Positions 8,929 through 18,215 are shown, counted from the stretch's first letter. The stretch is DNA of 64,000 nucleotides from an uncultured Gammaproteobacteria bacterium (GCA_964453605.1 CAYVOI010000001.1:740095-804094); one strand, 5' to 3'. Numbers and translations are program-made. The notes: a model not told the origin generated them from the letters alone.

Positions 8929-11847
8929 TTAAACTTCTATAATGACCGTTACAATCACACCATCTAAATTTACCTCACTAGAATACTTTGCATGCTCGCC
9001 CTGTTGTAGCTCACGAGCTAAAGCACCCTTGAGTACATCTTCACGATACGCAGATAACACTTTCCAAGTAACCTCATCAGTACCCACTTTCAGTACTACC
9101 CTGTCTTTAATAGTAAGTCCCTGTTTTTTTCTAAGCGCATTTACCTGCCGCACAAATTCGCGCACCAAGCCCATAGCCTTAAGTTCGTCATCAAGTTTAG
9201 TGTCAAGCTCAACTGTCTGAGCCTCCACCACCTCAAGCACGTTTACCTCCTCGGCTACAATGTGCCTAAATACTTCAGGTACGGGGGCTTGCAACTTGCG
9301 CAGCGTTTGCCGAATCTTTATACCAGCCGCCGCACGTTGAGCTAACGCTTGCTCCACCACCGTGCGCACTTTTTGCATTTCGTCCAAAATACTCCGGTCA
9401 AACTTGTGGGCTTCTGGCCAACTCTCGAGGTGAACTGACTCCTTACCACCCTTAACTTCTTGGTACACTTCCTCAGCCACAAACGGGGTAAACGGCGCGA
9501 GCGTAATGGCGAGTTGCCGCAAAACGTAACCCAACGTTGTGCGCACATTACCAGCCTCTAAGCCGCCATTCTTGTACCGCTCGCGGCTGCGACGAATGTA
9601 CCACGTAGAAAGCTCGGTAACAAAGTCGGCCAGGGCACGCCCAGCCTCGGTAATTTTATACGCGTCGAGGTACTCTGTCACTTCCGCTACAGTCTTGTGC
9701 CACAGTGCGAGCACCCACCTGTCCATAACGTGTTCTGAGTGCGGGGGAACGTGGGGGGCTTCCGCCTTCAGCTGGTCGAGGTGGTAAAAGGCCACACAGT
9801 TCATAAGAATGAGGAAGGTTTTCTTAACCACGCTATCTACATCGCTCGGGTCAAAGTTCTTGGGCTCGCCTGGTTGGCTCGCGGTGTAGAAGTGGAACCT
9901 AAGTGCGTCTGCACCGTAGGTGTTCATAATTTCCCACGGGTCCACAATGTTGCCCTTGGACTTGGACATTTTTTGCCCGTGCTTGTCGTTAATGTGCCCC
10001 AGGCAGATGACATTTTTATATGGCGGAAGTTCCTCAATTGCGCCTGCTTTCTTCAAGAGTGTGGCCACAGCCAGAAGCGTATAGAACCACCCGCGCGTTT
10101 GGTCTATAGCTTCAGAAATGTAATCTGCGGGGTAGTGCGCTTTGAGTTGCTCTTTACTGCCCTCGGCGTGTGGGTAGCCCCACTGTGCAAACGGCATGCT
10201 GCCAGAATCAAACCAACAGTCAGCCACCTCCGCAACGCGCCGCATTTCGCCCTTACCCTTGCACTGCTTGCAAGGCCAGGCCACCTTATCTATAAATGGT
10301 CGATGCATGTCAAAGTCCGTCCCAAACTTGCGGCCAGACTTTTCGCTTAATTCTTTCAAGCTCTCCACCACCGTCTGGTGTTTGCAGTCGGCATTGGTAC
10401 ACACCCAAATAGGTAAGGGGGTACCCCAGTAACGTTCACGGGAAATGGCCCAGTCTTTCACGCCGTCCAGCCACTCGCCGAACCGCCCGTGCTGAATGTG
10501 GTCTGGGTACCAGTGTATCTTCTCATTAGCAGCCTGCAGGTCTTTACGCAGACTCGACATTTTAATAAACCACGATGGCTTGGCGTAGTAGAGCAGCGGT
10601 GTAGAGCAGCGCCAGCAAAACGGGTAGTCGTGCGTGTAACTTTCTTCCTTAAACAAAAGCCCTCGTGCTTTCAAATCGGCAATTATCCCCTTTTCTACTT
10701 CGGCATTTTTAACAAACTTCCCCTGCCACTCGGGCACGTCTTTGGTAAACTTACCTGCTTCATCCACCGTGTGGTACTTAGGCAACCCCTCTTTTGTGCC
10801 TAAGGCAAAATCATCTTCCCCGTACATCACCGCAGTATGCACCACGCCCGTACCGTCGGTGGTGGTAACAAAGTCAGCCGCATACACGCGGTGACTTTTT
10901 TCGTTCTGCAAGGGTTCGATGTCGTAGAGCGGCTGATACTCGAGGCCAACCAAATCTTTTCCTTTTAATCCCTTCACAATTTCAAATCTACCAATCCACT
11001 CACCAGCTTTTTCATCAACACCTATCCGTTGGTTTAAACCACCATCCCTTGTGTGGTTAAATAAAATTTCCTTTGCAAGAATATATTGGCCCAACGAAGA
11101 GGTGGAATCAACCTTCGGAAATGCTTCGACAATTAGATAATCAATGTCTTCACCTACAGCCAGCGCCACGTTGCCAGGCAAAGTCCATGGCGTGGTTGTC
11201 CAAGAGAGAATGGAAACTTTGGGGTCGCGCTTCATGCGGAACTTTACATACACCGCTTGGTCGCTGACACTCTGGTAGCCCTGCGCCACCTCGTGACTCG
11301 AAAGTGCCGTGCCGCAGCGCGGACAGTGAGGCAACACTTTGTAGTCTTGGTACAGCAAGCCCTCGTTGGCGATTTGCTTAAAAATCCACCATAAACTCTC
11401 GAGGTAGTAGTTCTCGTAGGTAACGTAGGGGTGCTCCAGGTCCAGCCAGTAGCCCATGCGCGTCGTAAGCTTTTCCCAGTCAGCCTTGTACTTCCACACG
11501 TCTTCACGGCAACGGGCGTTGAACTCAGCCACACCATACTTTTCAATGTCGGGCTTACCCTTGAACTTCAAATCTTTCTCAACCTGGAGCTCCACCGGCA
11601 AACCTTGCGTGTCCCAACCGGCCTTACGCTCCACCCTAAACCCACGCATGGTTTTGTAACGCGGAATAAGGTCCTTAAAGGCGCGGGCCAGCACGTGGTG
11701 CAACCCCGGCTTGCCGTTGGCCGTGGGCGGCCCTTCCCAAAAAACGAACGGCTTGCCACCCTTCGTCTGCGCCAGCGATTTCTCAAAAATGTCGTGGTCC
11801 TGCCAAAACTTCAGCACCTTGTCCTCGAGTTCGGGAAACTTCAGCAT
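8929..11847 (-). CDS. ileS: Isoleucine--tRNA ligase, type 2
   Basis: EGPPTANGKPGLHH, GWDTQGLPVE, WTTTPWTLPGN, DWAISRERYWGTP, EAIDQTRGWF, KMSKS. Confidence 0.97.
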   Translation of the reverse strand: MLKFPELEDKVLKFWQDHDIFEKSLAQTKGGKPFVFWEGPPTANGKPGLHHVLARAFKDLIPRYKTMRGFRVERKAGWDTQGLPVELQVEKDLKFKGKPDIEKYGVAEFNARCREDVWKYKADWEKLTTRMGYWLDLEHPYVTYENYYLESLWWIFKQIANEGLLYQDYKVLPHCPRCGTALSSHEVAQGYQSVSDQAVYVKFRMKRDPKVSILSWTTTPWTLPGNVALAVGEDIDYLIVEAFPKVDSTSSLGQYILAKEILFNHTRDGGLNQRIGVDEKAGEWIGRFEIVKGLKGKDLVGLEYQPLYDIEPLQNEKSHRVYAADFVTTTDGTGVVHTAVMYGEDDFALGTKEGLPKYHTVDEAGKFTKDVPEWQGKFVKNAEVEKGIIADLKARGLLFKEESYTHDYPFCWRCSTPLLYYAKPSWFIKMSSLRKDLQAANEKIHWYPDHIQHGRFGEWLDGVKDWAISRERYWGTPLPIWVCTNADCKHQTVVESLKELSEKSGRKFGTDFDMHRPFIDKVAWPCKQCKGKGEMRRVAEVADCWFDSGSMPFAQWGYPHAEGSKEQLKAHYPADYISEAIDQTRGWFYTLLAVATLLKKAGAIEELPPYKNVICLGHINDKHGQKMSKSKGNIVDPWEIMNTYGADALRFHFYTASQPGEPKNFDPSDVDSVVKKTFLILMNCVAFYHLDQLKAEAPHVPPHSEHVMDRWVLALWHKTVAEVTEYLDAYKITEAGRALADFVTELSTWYIRRSRERYKNGGLEAGNVRTTLGYVLRQLAITLAPFTPFVAEEVYQEVKGGKESVHLESWPEAHKFDRSILDEMQKVRTVVEQALAQRAAAGIKIRQTLRKLQAPVPEVFRHIVAEEVNVLEVVEAQTVELDTKLDDELKAMGLVREFVRQVNALRKKQGLTIKDRVVLKVGTDEVTWKVLSAYREDVLKGALARELQQGEHAKYSSEVNLDGVIVTVIIEV

Positions 11848-11891
11848 AGTACCCTCTAGAATAGCTATTTTTCAGTCAACTCGCAACCAAC

Positions 11892-11920
11892 TTGACAAAT
11901 TAAAGAAGAAAATGTAACGT
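11892..11920 (+). promoter_or_regulatory. Sigma70-type promoter
   Basis: TTGACA-17 bp-TAACGT with TG immediately upstream of the -10. Confidence 0.6.
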
Positions 11921-11978
11921 TGTTTGATAATAAAATTTAATAAACTCTTTAAAAAATGACACAAAGAAAGGAACGGCC

Positions 11979-12860
11979 ATGCCAGAAGCACTAGATCTTC
12001 TCGGCGCTCAACTCATGTTGGCGCTACAGTTTTATGAATCGAACTTTAACACCAACCTCACCCTGGTAGATACTGTATCAGCGGAAGAGAAATACTCCTG
12101 TAAGGAATTGTTTAATCGCCAGGGTAAAGTGTGGTGTCTACGAGCAGAGTCTATACCGGGTAACCTAACGATTAAATCAATCTCTGTCGACAAACGGAAC
12201 CTATACCTTGAAACAGCGCCACTTAACTGGGATGGGGTAGCCCAAGTTCTCAAGGATCAGATGCTACCCTTTGATTGTAATCCTACTCAGAGAAGGTTCT
12301 CGGACAGCACCAACGGCCAAAAGCTGATTACCATCAGCAAACCAACCTCACCAAAGTACGAGGGAACATCACTCGCACCCCGATGTCTCTGGACCATACC
12401 ACTAATTGGTCAGGACGCTATTCGTCGCAAGATGATGATCAAACTGGCTGATGTGATTTATACGGCAGATGCGTACTCCTACCAAGGTATCGGGGGAGAG
12501 AAAATAGCAGTTGAAGGCTCTGGTAAGGGAGGCAGACTCGAGCTCCAAGTTTTACTTGAGCTCCAGATGCAGCTGCAGGCTGAACAACGGGCTATTCTAT
12601 CATTACGTGGGGCACTGCGTGGTGAGCTAAGGCTTGAGTTGCAACAAATCTTGGGTTTGTACTACTCGATCGTTCGAATGAATGAAGATGAGCTTCTTAA
12701 ATTCATAGTTGATCACACAGAAAAGCATGGGGAAAAGACTACCGTGCAGGTCCTCAATTTCGCCCTGGCTGGCAAAATCAAACGTGCTCAACCCAAACTG
12801 ACTTGGAGAGAAGCTCGTGCAATGGCAAGAAAACTTGCCAATAGCAAACCGCCTCAGTAA
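11979..12860 (+). CDS. Hypothetical protein (cargo gene)
   Basis: 293-aa ORF with AAGGA RBS, its own promoter and terminator; no family recognised. Confidence 0.75.
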   Translation: MPEALDLLGAQLMLALQFYESNFNTNLTLVDTVSAEEKYSCKELFNRQGKVWCLRAESIPGNLTIKSISVDKRNLYLETAPLNWDGVAQVLKDQMLPFDCNPTQRRFSDSTNGQKLITISKPTSPKYEGTSLAPRCLWTIPLIGQDAIRRKMMIKLADVIYTADAYSYQGIGGEKIAVEGSGKGGRLELQVLLELQMQLQAEQRAILSLRGALRGELRLELQQILGLYYSIVRMNEDELLKFIVDHTEKHGEKTTVQVLNFALAGKIKRAQPKLTWREARAMARKLANSKPPQ

Positions 12861-12863
12861 AGG

Positions 12864-12901
12864 AAACTCCTCGCGCCGAAATACAGCGCGAGGAGTTTTT
12901 T
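12864..12901 (+). terminator. Intrinsic terminator
   Basis: AAACTCCTCGCGC-loop-GCGCGAGGAGTTTTTT. Confidence 0.85.
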
Positions 12902-12920
12902 ATTGCTAAATTAACACGAC

Positions 12921-13004
12921 CTACATCTGCTCTACGACTTTGATACCCAAAATGCCAAGGCCGTGCTTCAGCACCTTCTCCTCGAACTCTGGGGACTTCA
13001 GCAT
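12921..13004 (-). pseudogene. Chimeric ileS-5'/argS-3' remnant (27 aa)
   Basis: MLKSPEFEEKVLKHGLGILGIKVVEQM* matches IleS MLKFPELEDKVLK joined to ArgS VLKHGLSVLGIGVVEQM*. Confidence 0.88.
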
Positions 13005-13044
13005 AGTACCTAGAATAATAGCATTTTGCCTATTTCGCAACCAT

Positions 13045-13073
13045 TTGACAGCTTTTAAAGTAGTGGTTAAGAT
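13045..13073 (+). promoter_or_regulatory. Sigma70-type promoter
   Basis: TTGACA-17 bp-TAAGAT. Confidence 0.65.
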
Positions 13074-13124
13074 ACGCTACACTAATTCACAAATAACTAT
13101 TCCAAAAACAAAACGAGGTCAGCC

Positions 13125-13340
13125 ATGGACAAGCCAACTTCCTGCCCGGTGTGCGGGCAGGACGCTACCCCCCTCAACCAGCTCTGTGGTAAACACGAGG
13201 AAATCTTTAACAGGGCGAACGAAGAAACGCAAGCCATGATAACTAAGCTCCTCCACGAACTCATTCACGCACAAAGGGAGGCGCTTACCATAACAAAAGG
13301 ATTCATACCCTCAGCTGGAGCAACTCGGGGCGGCAGGTAG
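13125..13340 (+). CDS. Small hypothetical protein, possibly Zn-binding
   Basis: 71 aa, GAGG RBS, CPVC...LCGKH then a helix; preceded by a promoter and followed by a hairpin with a T-run. Confidence 0.65.
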   Translation: MDKPTSCPVCGQDATPLNQLCGKHEEIFNRANEETQAMITKLLHELIHAQREALTITKGFIPSAGATRGGR

Positions 13341-13474
13341 CTAACTGTCACGTACGTTCATCAAATAGAATCGGGCCACGGGGTTACGCCACGTAGTCCG
13401 GTTTTTTTAACCTAGCACAAGTCGAATGATGCCTGGGCTTTAGGGCTACCTTCGCAAACGTATCAACGCTAAGG

Positions 13475-15205
13475 TTACATCTGCTCCACCACGCCGATAC
13501 CTAAAACACTAAGCCCGTGTTTCAGAACCCCCGCCACGGTACTAACCAGGTACAGGCGAAAGCTGCGCACTGGCTCTTTGGCCGAGAGTACCGGCGAGTC
13601 GTGGTAGTAGGAGTTGGTGGCGGTCGCCAGCTCGTACAGGTACTGAGCCAAGAGGTGTGGCCCGTTCTCGCGTGCGGCCCGCAGAACGGCCTCGGGGTAG
13701 CGGACGGTGAGCCGCAGCATCTGTACATCACTCTGCGCCAAGCTCGTAAGAACGCTGGGCTTGAATGTTTTTGCTACCCGCACCTTGGCACTCTTAGCTT
13801 TACGCAAAATGCTCTTAAGCCGTACGTAGGTGTACTGTAGGTACGGTCCGCTGTTACCCTCAAACGAGAGCATCTTGTCCCAGTTAAAGGTAATGTCGGT
13901 GTGGCGGTTTTGTGATAGATCGTTGTACTTCAAAGCGCCCACCCCCACCACTTCCGCTACCTGAGCCCTAACTTTTGGCGCCAGCTTGTTGTTCTTCTTA
14001 TCCACAATCGCCCGGGCACGAGTGACCGCTTCTTGGAGTACATCGTCAAGCTTTATTATTTTGCCCTCGCGGGTAGCAAGTTTAAGGCCGTCTTCGCCAA
14101 GCACCAGCCCGTTTTTGAGATGCAAGAGCTCAAGGTGGTGCGGTGCGTAGCCCGCGTGGCGAGCAGCCGCGAACACCTGCTCAAAGTGGAGGGCTTGTTC
14201 GTTCCCCACCACGTAGAGTATGGCCTGGGGCTTGTAGTGCTGTACGCGGTAGCGAATGGCGGCCAGGTCGCGTGTAGCGTAGAGCGACACACCGTCCGAC
14301 TTCTGAATAAGTGCCGGTGGCAACCCCTCACCCTCCAGGTGCACCACGACCGAACCATCTGTGTTCTTAACGGCCAGTTTACGCTTCAAAAAGTCAGCCA
14401 CTACCCCGGGCAGCATTTTTTCATAAAAGCTCTCGCCGGTAACGTGGGTGAACTTTACCCCCAAGCGCTTATAGAGAACGTCAAACTCTCGGAGAGACTC
14501 CGTACGGAACCACTGCCACAGCGCCCGGTTCTTGCGGTCACCCTCTTCCAGCTTTTTAAACTCCTCCTGCCCGCGGCGTTCCAGATCAGGCTGCTCTTTC
14601 AGCACCTCGTGGAACTTCACGTAGAGCTTCAGCAACTCTTCAATCGGGTGTCGGTGTACAGCGGAGCGAGAACCCCACATCTTAAAAGCTGAAATCAGTT
14701 TACCAAACTGTGTGCCCCAGTCGCCGAGGTGGTTAAGGCGAATAACCTTGGCCCCAAGCGTTTGGTAAATGTTCGCTACCGCCTGGCCGATTATGGTCGA
14801 GCGCAGGTGCCCAATGTGCATGGGCTTGGCAATGTTCGGGGAGGAGTACTCAACAATAACACGCTTACCCTTAAACACGGGGGTCACTTCCCCGTTCGAC
14901 ACTGCCGCAAGCTCGTGGAGCAGCACTTCTGGTTTCAGGGTAAAGTTGATAAACCCTGGGCCAGCAAGTTCCACCTTAGCAGCATACCTAGCAATAACAC
15001 GGGATGTTTTGAGCTCATCAAGCAATGTTTGGGCCGCTTCCTTGGGTGGCACGCCCCACTTGCTGGCGACTTTCAAAGCTACATTGGTAGTGTAGTCGCC
15101 GTGGCCAAGGTCGCGCGTTAAAGCTACCTCGACCTCGTGAGGTTCAAGCTGGTAGTGCTTTTGGGCAGCGAGCGCTACCTCGTGCTGAAGTTTTAGGGAA
15201 AGCAT
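13475..15205 (-). CDS. argS: Arginine--tRNA ligase
   Basis: GPGFINF, VEYSSPNIAKPMHIGHLRST, NHLGDWGTQFG, GNSGPYLQY. Confidence 0.97.
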   Translation of the reverse strand: MLSLKLQHEVALAAQKHYQLEPHEVEVALTRDLGHGDYTTNVALKVASKWGVPPKEAAQTLLDELKTSRVIARYAAKVELAGPGFINFTLKPEVLLHELAAVSNGEVTPVFKGKRVIVEYSSPNIAKPMHIGHLRSTIIGQAVANIYQTLGAKVIRLNHLGDWGTQFGKLISAFKMWGSRSAVHRHPIEELLKLYVKFHEVLKEQPDLERRGQEEFKKLEEGDRKNRALWQWFRTESLREFDVLYKRLGVKFTHVTGESFYEKMLPGVVADFLKRKLAVKNTDGSVVVHLEGEGLPPALIQKSDGVSLYATRDLAAIRYRVQHYKPQAILYVVGNEQALHFEQVFAAARHAGYAPHHLELLHLKNGLVLGEDGLKLATREGKIIKLDDVLQEAVTRARAIVDKKNNKLAPKVRAQVAEVVGVGALKYNDLSQNRHTDITFNWDKMLSFEGNSGPYLQYTYVRLKSILRKAKSAKVRVAKTFKPSVLTSLAQSDVQMLRLTVRYPEAVLRAARENGPHLLAQYLYELATATNSYYHDSPVLSAKEPVRSFRLYLVSTVAGVLKHGLSVLGIGVVEQM

Positions 15206-15244
15206 AACGTAGTTCAGTATACTGGTTTTGCTTTAAAAACAAAA

Positions 15245-15279
15245 CCGGCCCGATCCGCCAGGTGGCGAGATCAGGCCGG
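15245..15279 (-). terminator. Terminator after rplT
   Basis: CCGGCC-CGATC...GATCA-GGCCGG hairpin followed by T-runs on the minus strand. Confidence 0.6.
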
Positions 15280-15294
15280 AGGAACACGCTACAC

Positions 15295-15642
15295 TTACTT
15301 CTTAACGGCTTCTACCAGTTTGGAGAACACGGCTGGGTACTCGCGAGCAAGCTGAGCCATGACCTTACGGTCGAGCTCTACCTTGGCCTTCTTGAGTAAC
15401 CCCATGAACTTGCTGTAGCTAAGCCCATGCTCCCGAACCGCGGCGTTTATCTGCACCTGCCAGAGGGCGCGGAAGTCGCCCTTCTTGTCCCTCCGGTGGG
15501 CAAAGGCATGCTGACCTGCCTTGTGGGTTGCAACCTTGGCTAGAGTTATCTTGCTCTTGCGGCCCCAGCGGTAACCGCGGGTTCGCTTTAGTAAATTGCG
15601 ACGCCGCTTGGCGTGCATCATGCCTCGTTTTACGCGTGCCAT
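15295..15642 (-). CDS. rplT: 50S ribosomal protein L20
   Basis: MARVKRG...FRALWQVQINAAVR...YSKFM...LDRKVMA. Confidence 0.97.
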   Translation of the reverse strand: MARVKRGMMHAKRRRNLLKRTRGYRWGRKSKITLAKVATHKAGQHAFAHRRDKKGDFRALWQVQINAAVREHGLSYSKFMGLLKKAKVELDRKVMAQLAREYPAVFSKLVEAVKK

Positions 15643-15680
15643 ACAGTAGTACTAATAAAGAAAAGAAAAACTAGTTCCGC

Positions 15681-15875
15681 CTAGCTGCGGTTGATGAGCT
15701 TTCTGAGCGCGGGCAGGTTCACCTTGGCAATTTCCTTGTCGCGGCGCTTGGCGCGCGTGACCACACCGCTCTCTCTGGCGTTAAAGTGGTCTTGTCCGGC
15801 AGTGCGCTTCATGAACTTACCCCGGCGCGTGACGCGGAAACGCTTCGCGCTCGCCTTGTGCGTTTTTACCTTCAT
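15681..15875 (-). CDS. rpmI: 50S ribosomal protein L35
   Basis: KVKTHKASAKRFRVT; infC-rpmI-rplT gene order. Confidence 0.95.
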   Translation of the reverse strand: MKVKTHKASAKRFRVTRRGKFMKRTAGQDHFNARESGVVTRAKRRDKEIAKVNLPALRKLINRS

Positions 15876-15940
15876 AGTAACTCTCGGAATTTAGGAATTA
15901 TGAACAGGAAACCGACCTCACTATTTACTATTCACAACCC

Positions 15941-16462
15941 CTAAGCTTTCTTGCGTGCAACCTGCATGCTGACGTTGCCACCGGCACGTGAGAACGGCAC
16001 TTCTACCACCACGTTCTCCCCCATGTCCGTAATAAACGCCTGCATGATTTCGCGGGCTAAGTCCCCGCGCGACTTTTCCCGACCCCGGAGTATCATCTCC
16101 AGCCGCACCCGGTGCCCCTCGTCCAAAAACTTTTGGGCCTGGCCCATGCGCACCTGCTTGTCGTGGTCACCAATTTTTAAACTAAGCCTAACACCTTTTA
16201 CCCCTACCTTTTTCACCTTGGCCTTTTGTGCCTGGGCTTGCTTCTGTTGCTTGTACTGGAACTGGCCAAAGTCTATAAGCTTGGCGATGGGGGGCTGGGC
16301 CGTGGGGTTCACCTCAACCAGATCAAGCCCTCGCTCGTGCGCGAGCTTTAAAGCTTCCACCGTTGGCACAACGCCCATAGGCTTGCCGAGCTCGTCTATA
16401 AGCTGCAGCTCGGGCACTCTGATGTACTGGTTAACGCGGTAGCGTGGACGGCTGTTGTTCAA
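15941..16462 (-). CDS. infC: Translation initiation factor IF-3 (non-ATG start; exact start uncertain)
   Basis: NQYIRVPELQLID...GLDLVEV...PPIAKLIDFG...IGDHD...LRGRE. Confidence 0.95.
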   Translation of the reverse strand: MNNSRPRYRVNQYIRVPELQLIDELGKPMGVVPTVEALKLAHERGLDLVEVNPTAQPPIAKLIDFGQFQYKQQKQAQAQKAKVKKVGVKGVRLSLKIGDHDKQVRMGQAQKFLDEGHRVRLEMILRGREKSRGDLAREIMQAFITDMGENVVVEVPFSRAGGNVSMQVARKKA

Positions 16463-16472
16463 CGGTTTGGGG

Positions 16473-16730
16473 CTAAATGGTACGTACAGAATCTCTCAAC
16501 ATTAATCCTAGTGATTTCTTACCAGGGTTCGTCTTGAAATACTGTTCTCTGCGAATCGCATCTACTTTACTAAGGTACGCTTCGTAGAAAACAAGTTTCA
16601 AGGGGCGTCGTCCCTTTGTTGCTAGTACGCCACCGGCATGGTGTGTGCGTATACGACTTTTTAAATCTGCACTATAACCAATGTAGAACTTTTTGTCGCT
16701 TGAGCTCACCAGTACGTAGACGTAATGCAT
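16473..16730 (-). CDS. Small stand-alone GIY-YIG nuclease
   Basis: MHYVYVL...FYIGYSADLKSRIRTH...TKGRRPLKLVFYEAY...AIRREQYFK; ATG at 16730. Confidence 0.92.
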   Translation of the reverse strand: MHYVYVLVSSSDKKFYIGYSADLKSRIRTHHAGGVLATKGRRPLKLVFYEAYLSKVDAIRREQYFKTNPGKKSLGLMLRDSVRTI

Positions 16731-16737
16731 AGGTATA

Positions 16738-16909
16738 GCCCTAAAGTAGATTTTGCTTCGCTCAATCACTTCAGGGCACCATGAAGTATGCGCTCGTGAA
16801 CAATCACCTTTATGGGCATGTCAACTGGCTGTGCCATGAAGTAGATTGAATCATCACTTCATGGCGTGCCATGAAGTTGCGCGAATGCAATGAGCGCATA
16901 CTTCATGGT
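16738..16909. repeat. Cluster of REP-like palindromes (CCATGAAGT...ACTTCATGG family)
   Basis: Hairpins at 16738-16777, 16833-16865 and 16868-16909; perfect 18-bp inverted repeat at 16778-16795 / 16892-16909. Confidence 0.8.
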
Positions 16910-17285
16910 GGAGGTGACGGGGTTTACACCCGTGTCTAGCGACGCAACCTACCCCAAGGTCCAAGTTCAGAGCCGCTGGTACTCTAGGTAGATAGAGCGG
17001 CTCAAAAATCTACCTGAGGTTGTTCCGAAGTGTCGGTAGTAGACCGGAACAGCTCCTGCTACCCTGCTCGATGAATGACGTTCCTAAGGGCTATCGAGCG
17101 TCACCCCTAGGAGCGGCGTTCGGTTTTTAAGCGAACACTGGTGCCAAGGTAGCAACGCGGAACGCGTCCCTTACCTTAGCGACAAATGACTTGGCATTTG
17201 TAGAGTGCTAATTTTTTAAGGCAGACCAGCAACTGCCACCTGCTTGAAGCAAGCTAACGTGCGCTATCGAATGGTAAACACCCCC
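16906..17285 (-). ncRNA. ssrA: tmRNA
   Basis: 5' GGGGGTG pairs with 3' CACCTCC-ACCA (G3.U alanine identity); T-arm ACGGG-TGTAAAC-CCCGT; tag ORF 17195-17127 AKSFVAKVRDAFRVATLAPVFA*; directly downstream of smpB. Confidence 0.93.
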
Positions 17286-17292
17286 CACCACG

Positions 17293-17322
17293 GGCCACTA
17301 GCCAATGGCCACTAGCCAATGG
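17293..17322. repeat. 14-bp tandem duplication
   Basis: GGCCACTAGCCAAT twice, between smpB and ssrA. Confidence 0.75.
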
Positions 17323-17335
17323 TGGGGACTGTTTA

Positions 17336-17782
17336 CTAACGTTTTAAGGTACGCCTGATTTCTCGCTCGGTTTCGCGCTTCCGTATAGTAACCCGCTTGT
17401 CGTAGCGGGTTTTACCGCGCGCTAACCCTAATTCAACTTTCACAAACCTGTGCGCAGTATACAGAGAAAGTGGCACCACTGTCAAGCCTCCCTGGCGAAG
17501 CTTGCCGCTGAGGTGTTGAAGCTCGCTGCGCTTGAGAAGGAGCTTCCTGTCCCGCTCGGCCTCGTACCCCAGCTGCCGTGAGCCTGCTGGGGCGTACGGC
17601 GCAATGTGGCAACCGGTAAGCCAGAGCTCGGTACCTTTTGGGATAACGTAGGCGCCAGTGAGGGCAGCCCGCCCGCCTTTGACCGACTTTACCTCAGCGC
17701 CCGAGAGCACTAAACCAGCCTCGAACTTTTCCAGGATTTGGTACTCGTGCAACGCTTTGCGGTTCTGGGCTAGGGTAGGCAT
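17336..17782 (-). CDS. smpB: SsrA-binding protein
   Basis: NRKALHEY...FEAGLVLSGAEVKS...RKLLL...ARGKTRYDKR. Confidence 0.97.
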   Translation of the reverse strand: MPTLAQNRKALHEYQILEKFEAGLVLSGAEVKSVKGGRAALTGAYVIPKGTELWLTGCHIAPYAPAGSRQLGYEAERDRKLLLKRSELQHLSGKLRQGGLTVVPLSLYTAHRFVKVELGLARGKTRYDKRVTIRKRETEREIRRTLKR

Positions 17783-17885
17783 ACGTTAGTATTGTAGCCT
17801 AAGGCGAGCGATAAAAGAAAAACTGCCCCGGACCGTTGTGGTGGTCAGGGGCAGGTTCAAACATGCGTCGACCAGGTTGATCGAC

Positions 17886-18215
17886 TTACCGGTGGATGGG
17901 TCGCCTGGTGATGGGCTCCAAGGGACTTGTGACATAGGTGTGGTGGTTGTCACCGGAGACCCAACAGCCCATGATGTAGCCCGCGGTGCAGAGGTGTTGG
18001 AGCCAGCGACCATACCGCTGTCGACAGAGGGGCAAGAGCCAACTCACCGCGACGGCGCTGCAGGTGCAAACCTCGACCCAGAACCCGAGTCCGATGAACC
18101 GATACATGCTCATGTACGTTGTGGCTGAATCTCCTGTCATCACCAGCAGCGAAGCAACGTTGAGGAGCGGGCTCACGACGAGCGCGAGCAGAAGAAAACG
18201 AACGATATTTTTCAT
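17886..18215 (-). CDS. Hypothetical membrane protein
   Basis: AAGGAG RBS before ATG at 18215, hydrophobic segments, promoter TTGACA-17-TACTAT (18305-18277) and a downstream hairpin. Confidence 0.6.
   Translation of the reverse strand: MKNIVRFLLLALVVSPLLNVASLLVMTGDSATTYMSMYRFIGLGFWVEVCTCSAVAVSWLLPLCRQRYGRWLQHLCTAGYIMGCWVSGDNHHTYVTSPLEPITRRPIHR

Noticed and set aside
12940-13239. ORF-track 99-aa plus-strand ORF
   Set aside because: It spans the chimeric remnant antisense and a promoter; the RBS-supported gene is 13125..13340
16738-16909. Possible CRISPR array
   Set aside because: The units are inverted, degenerate and lack regular unique spacers; no cas genes in the window
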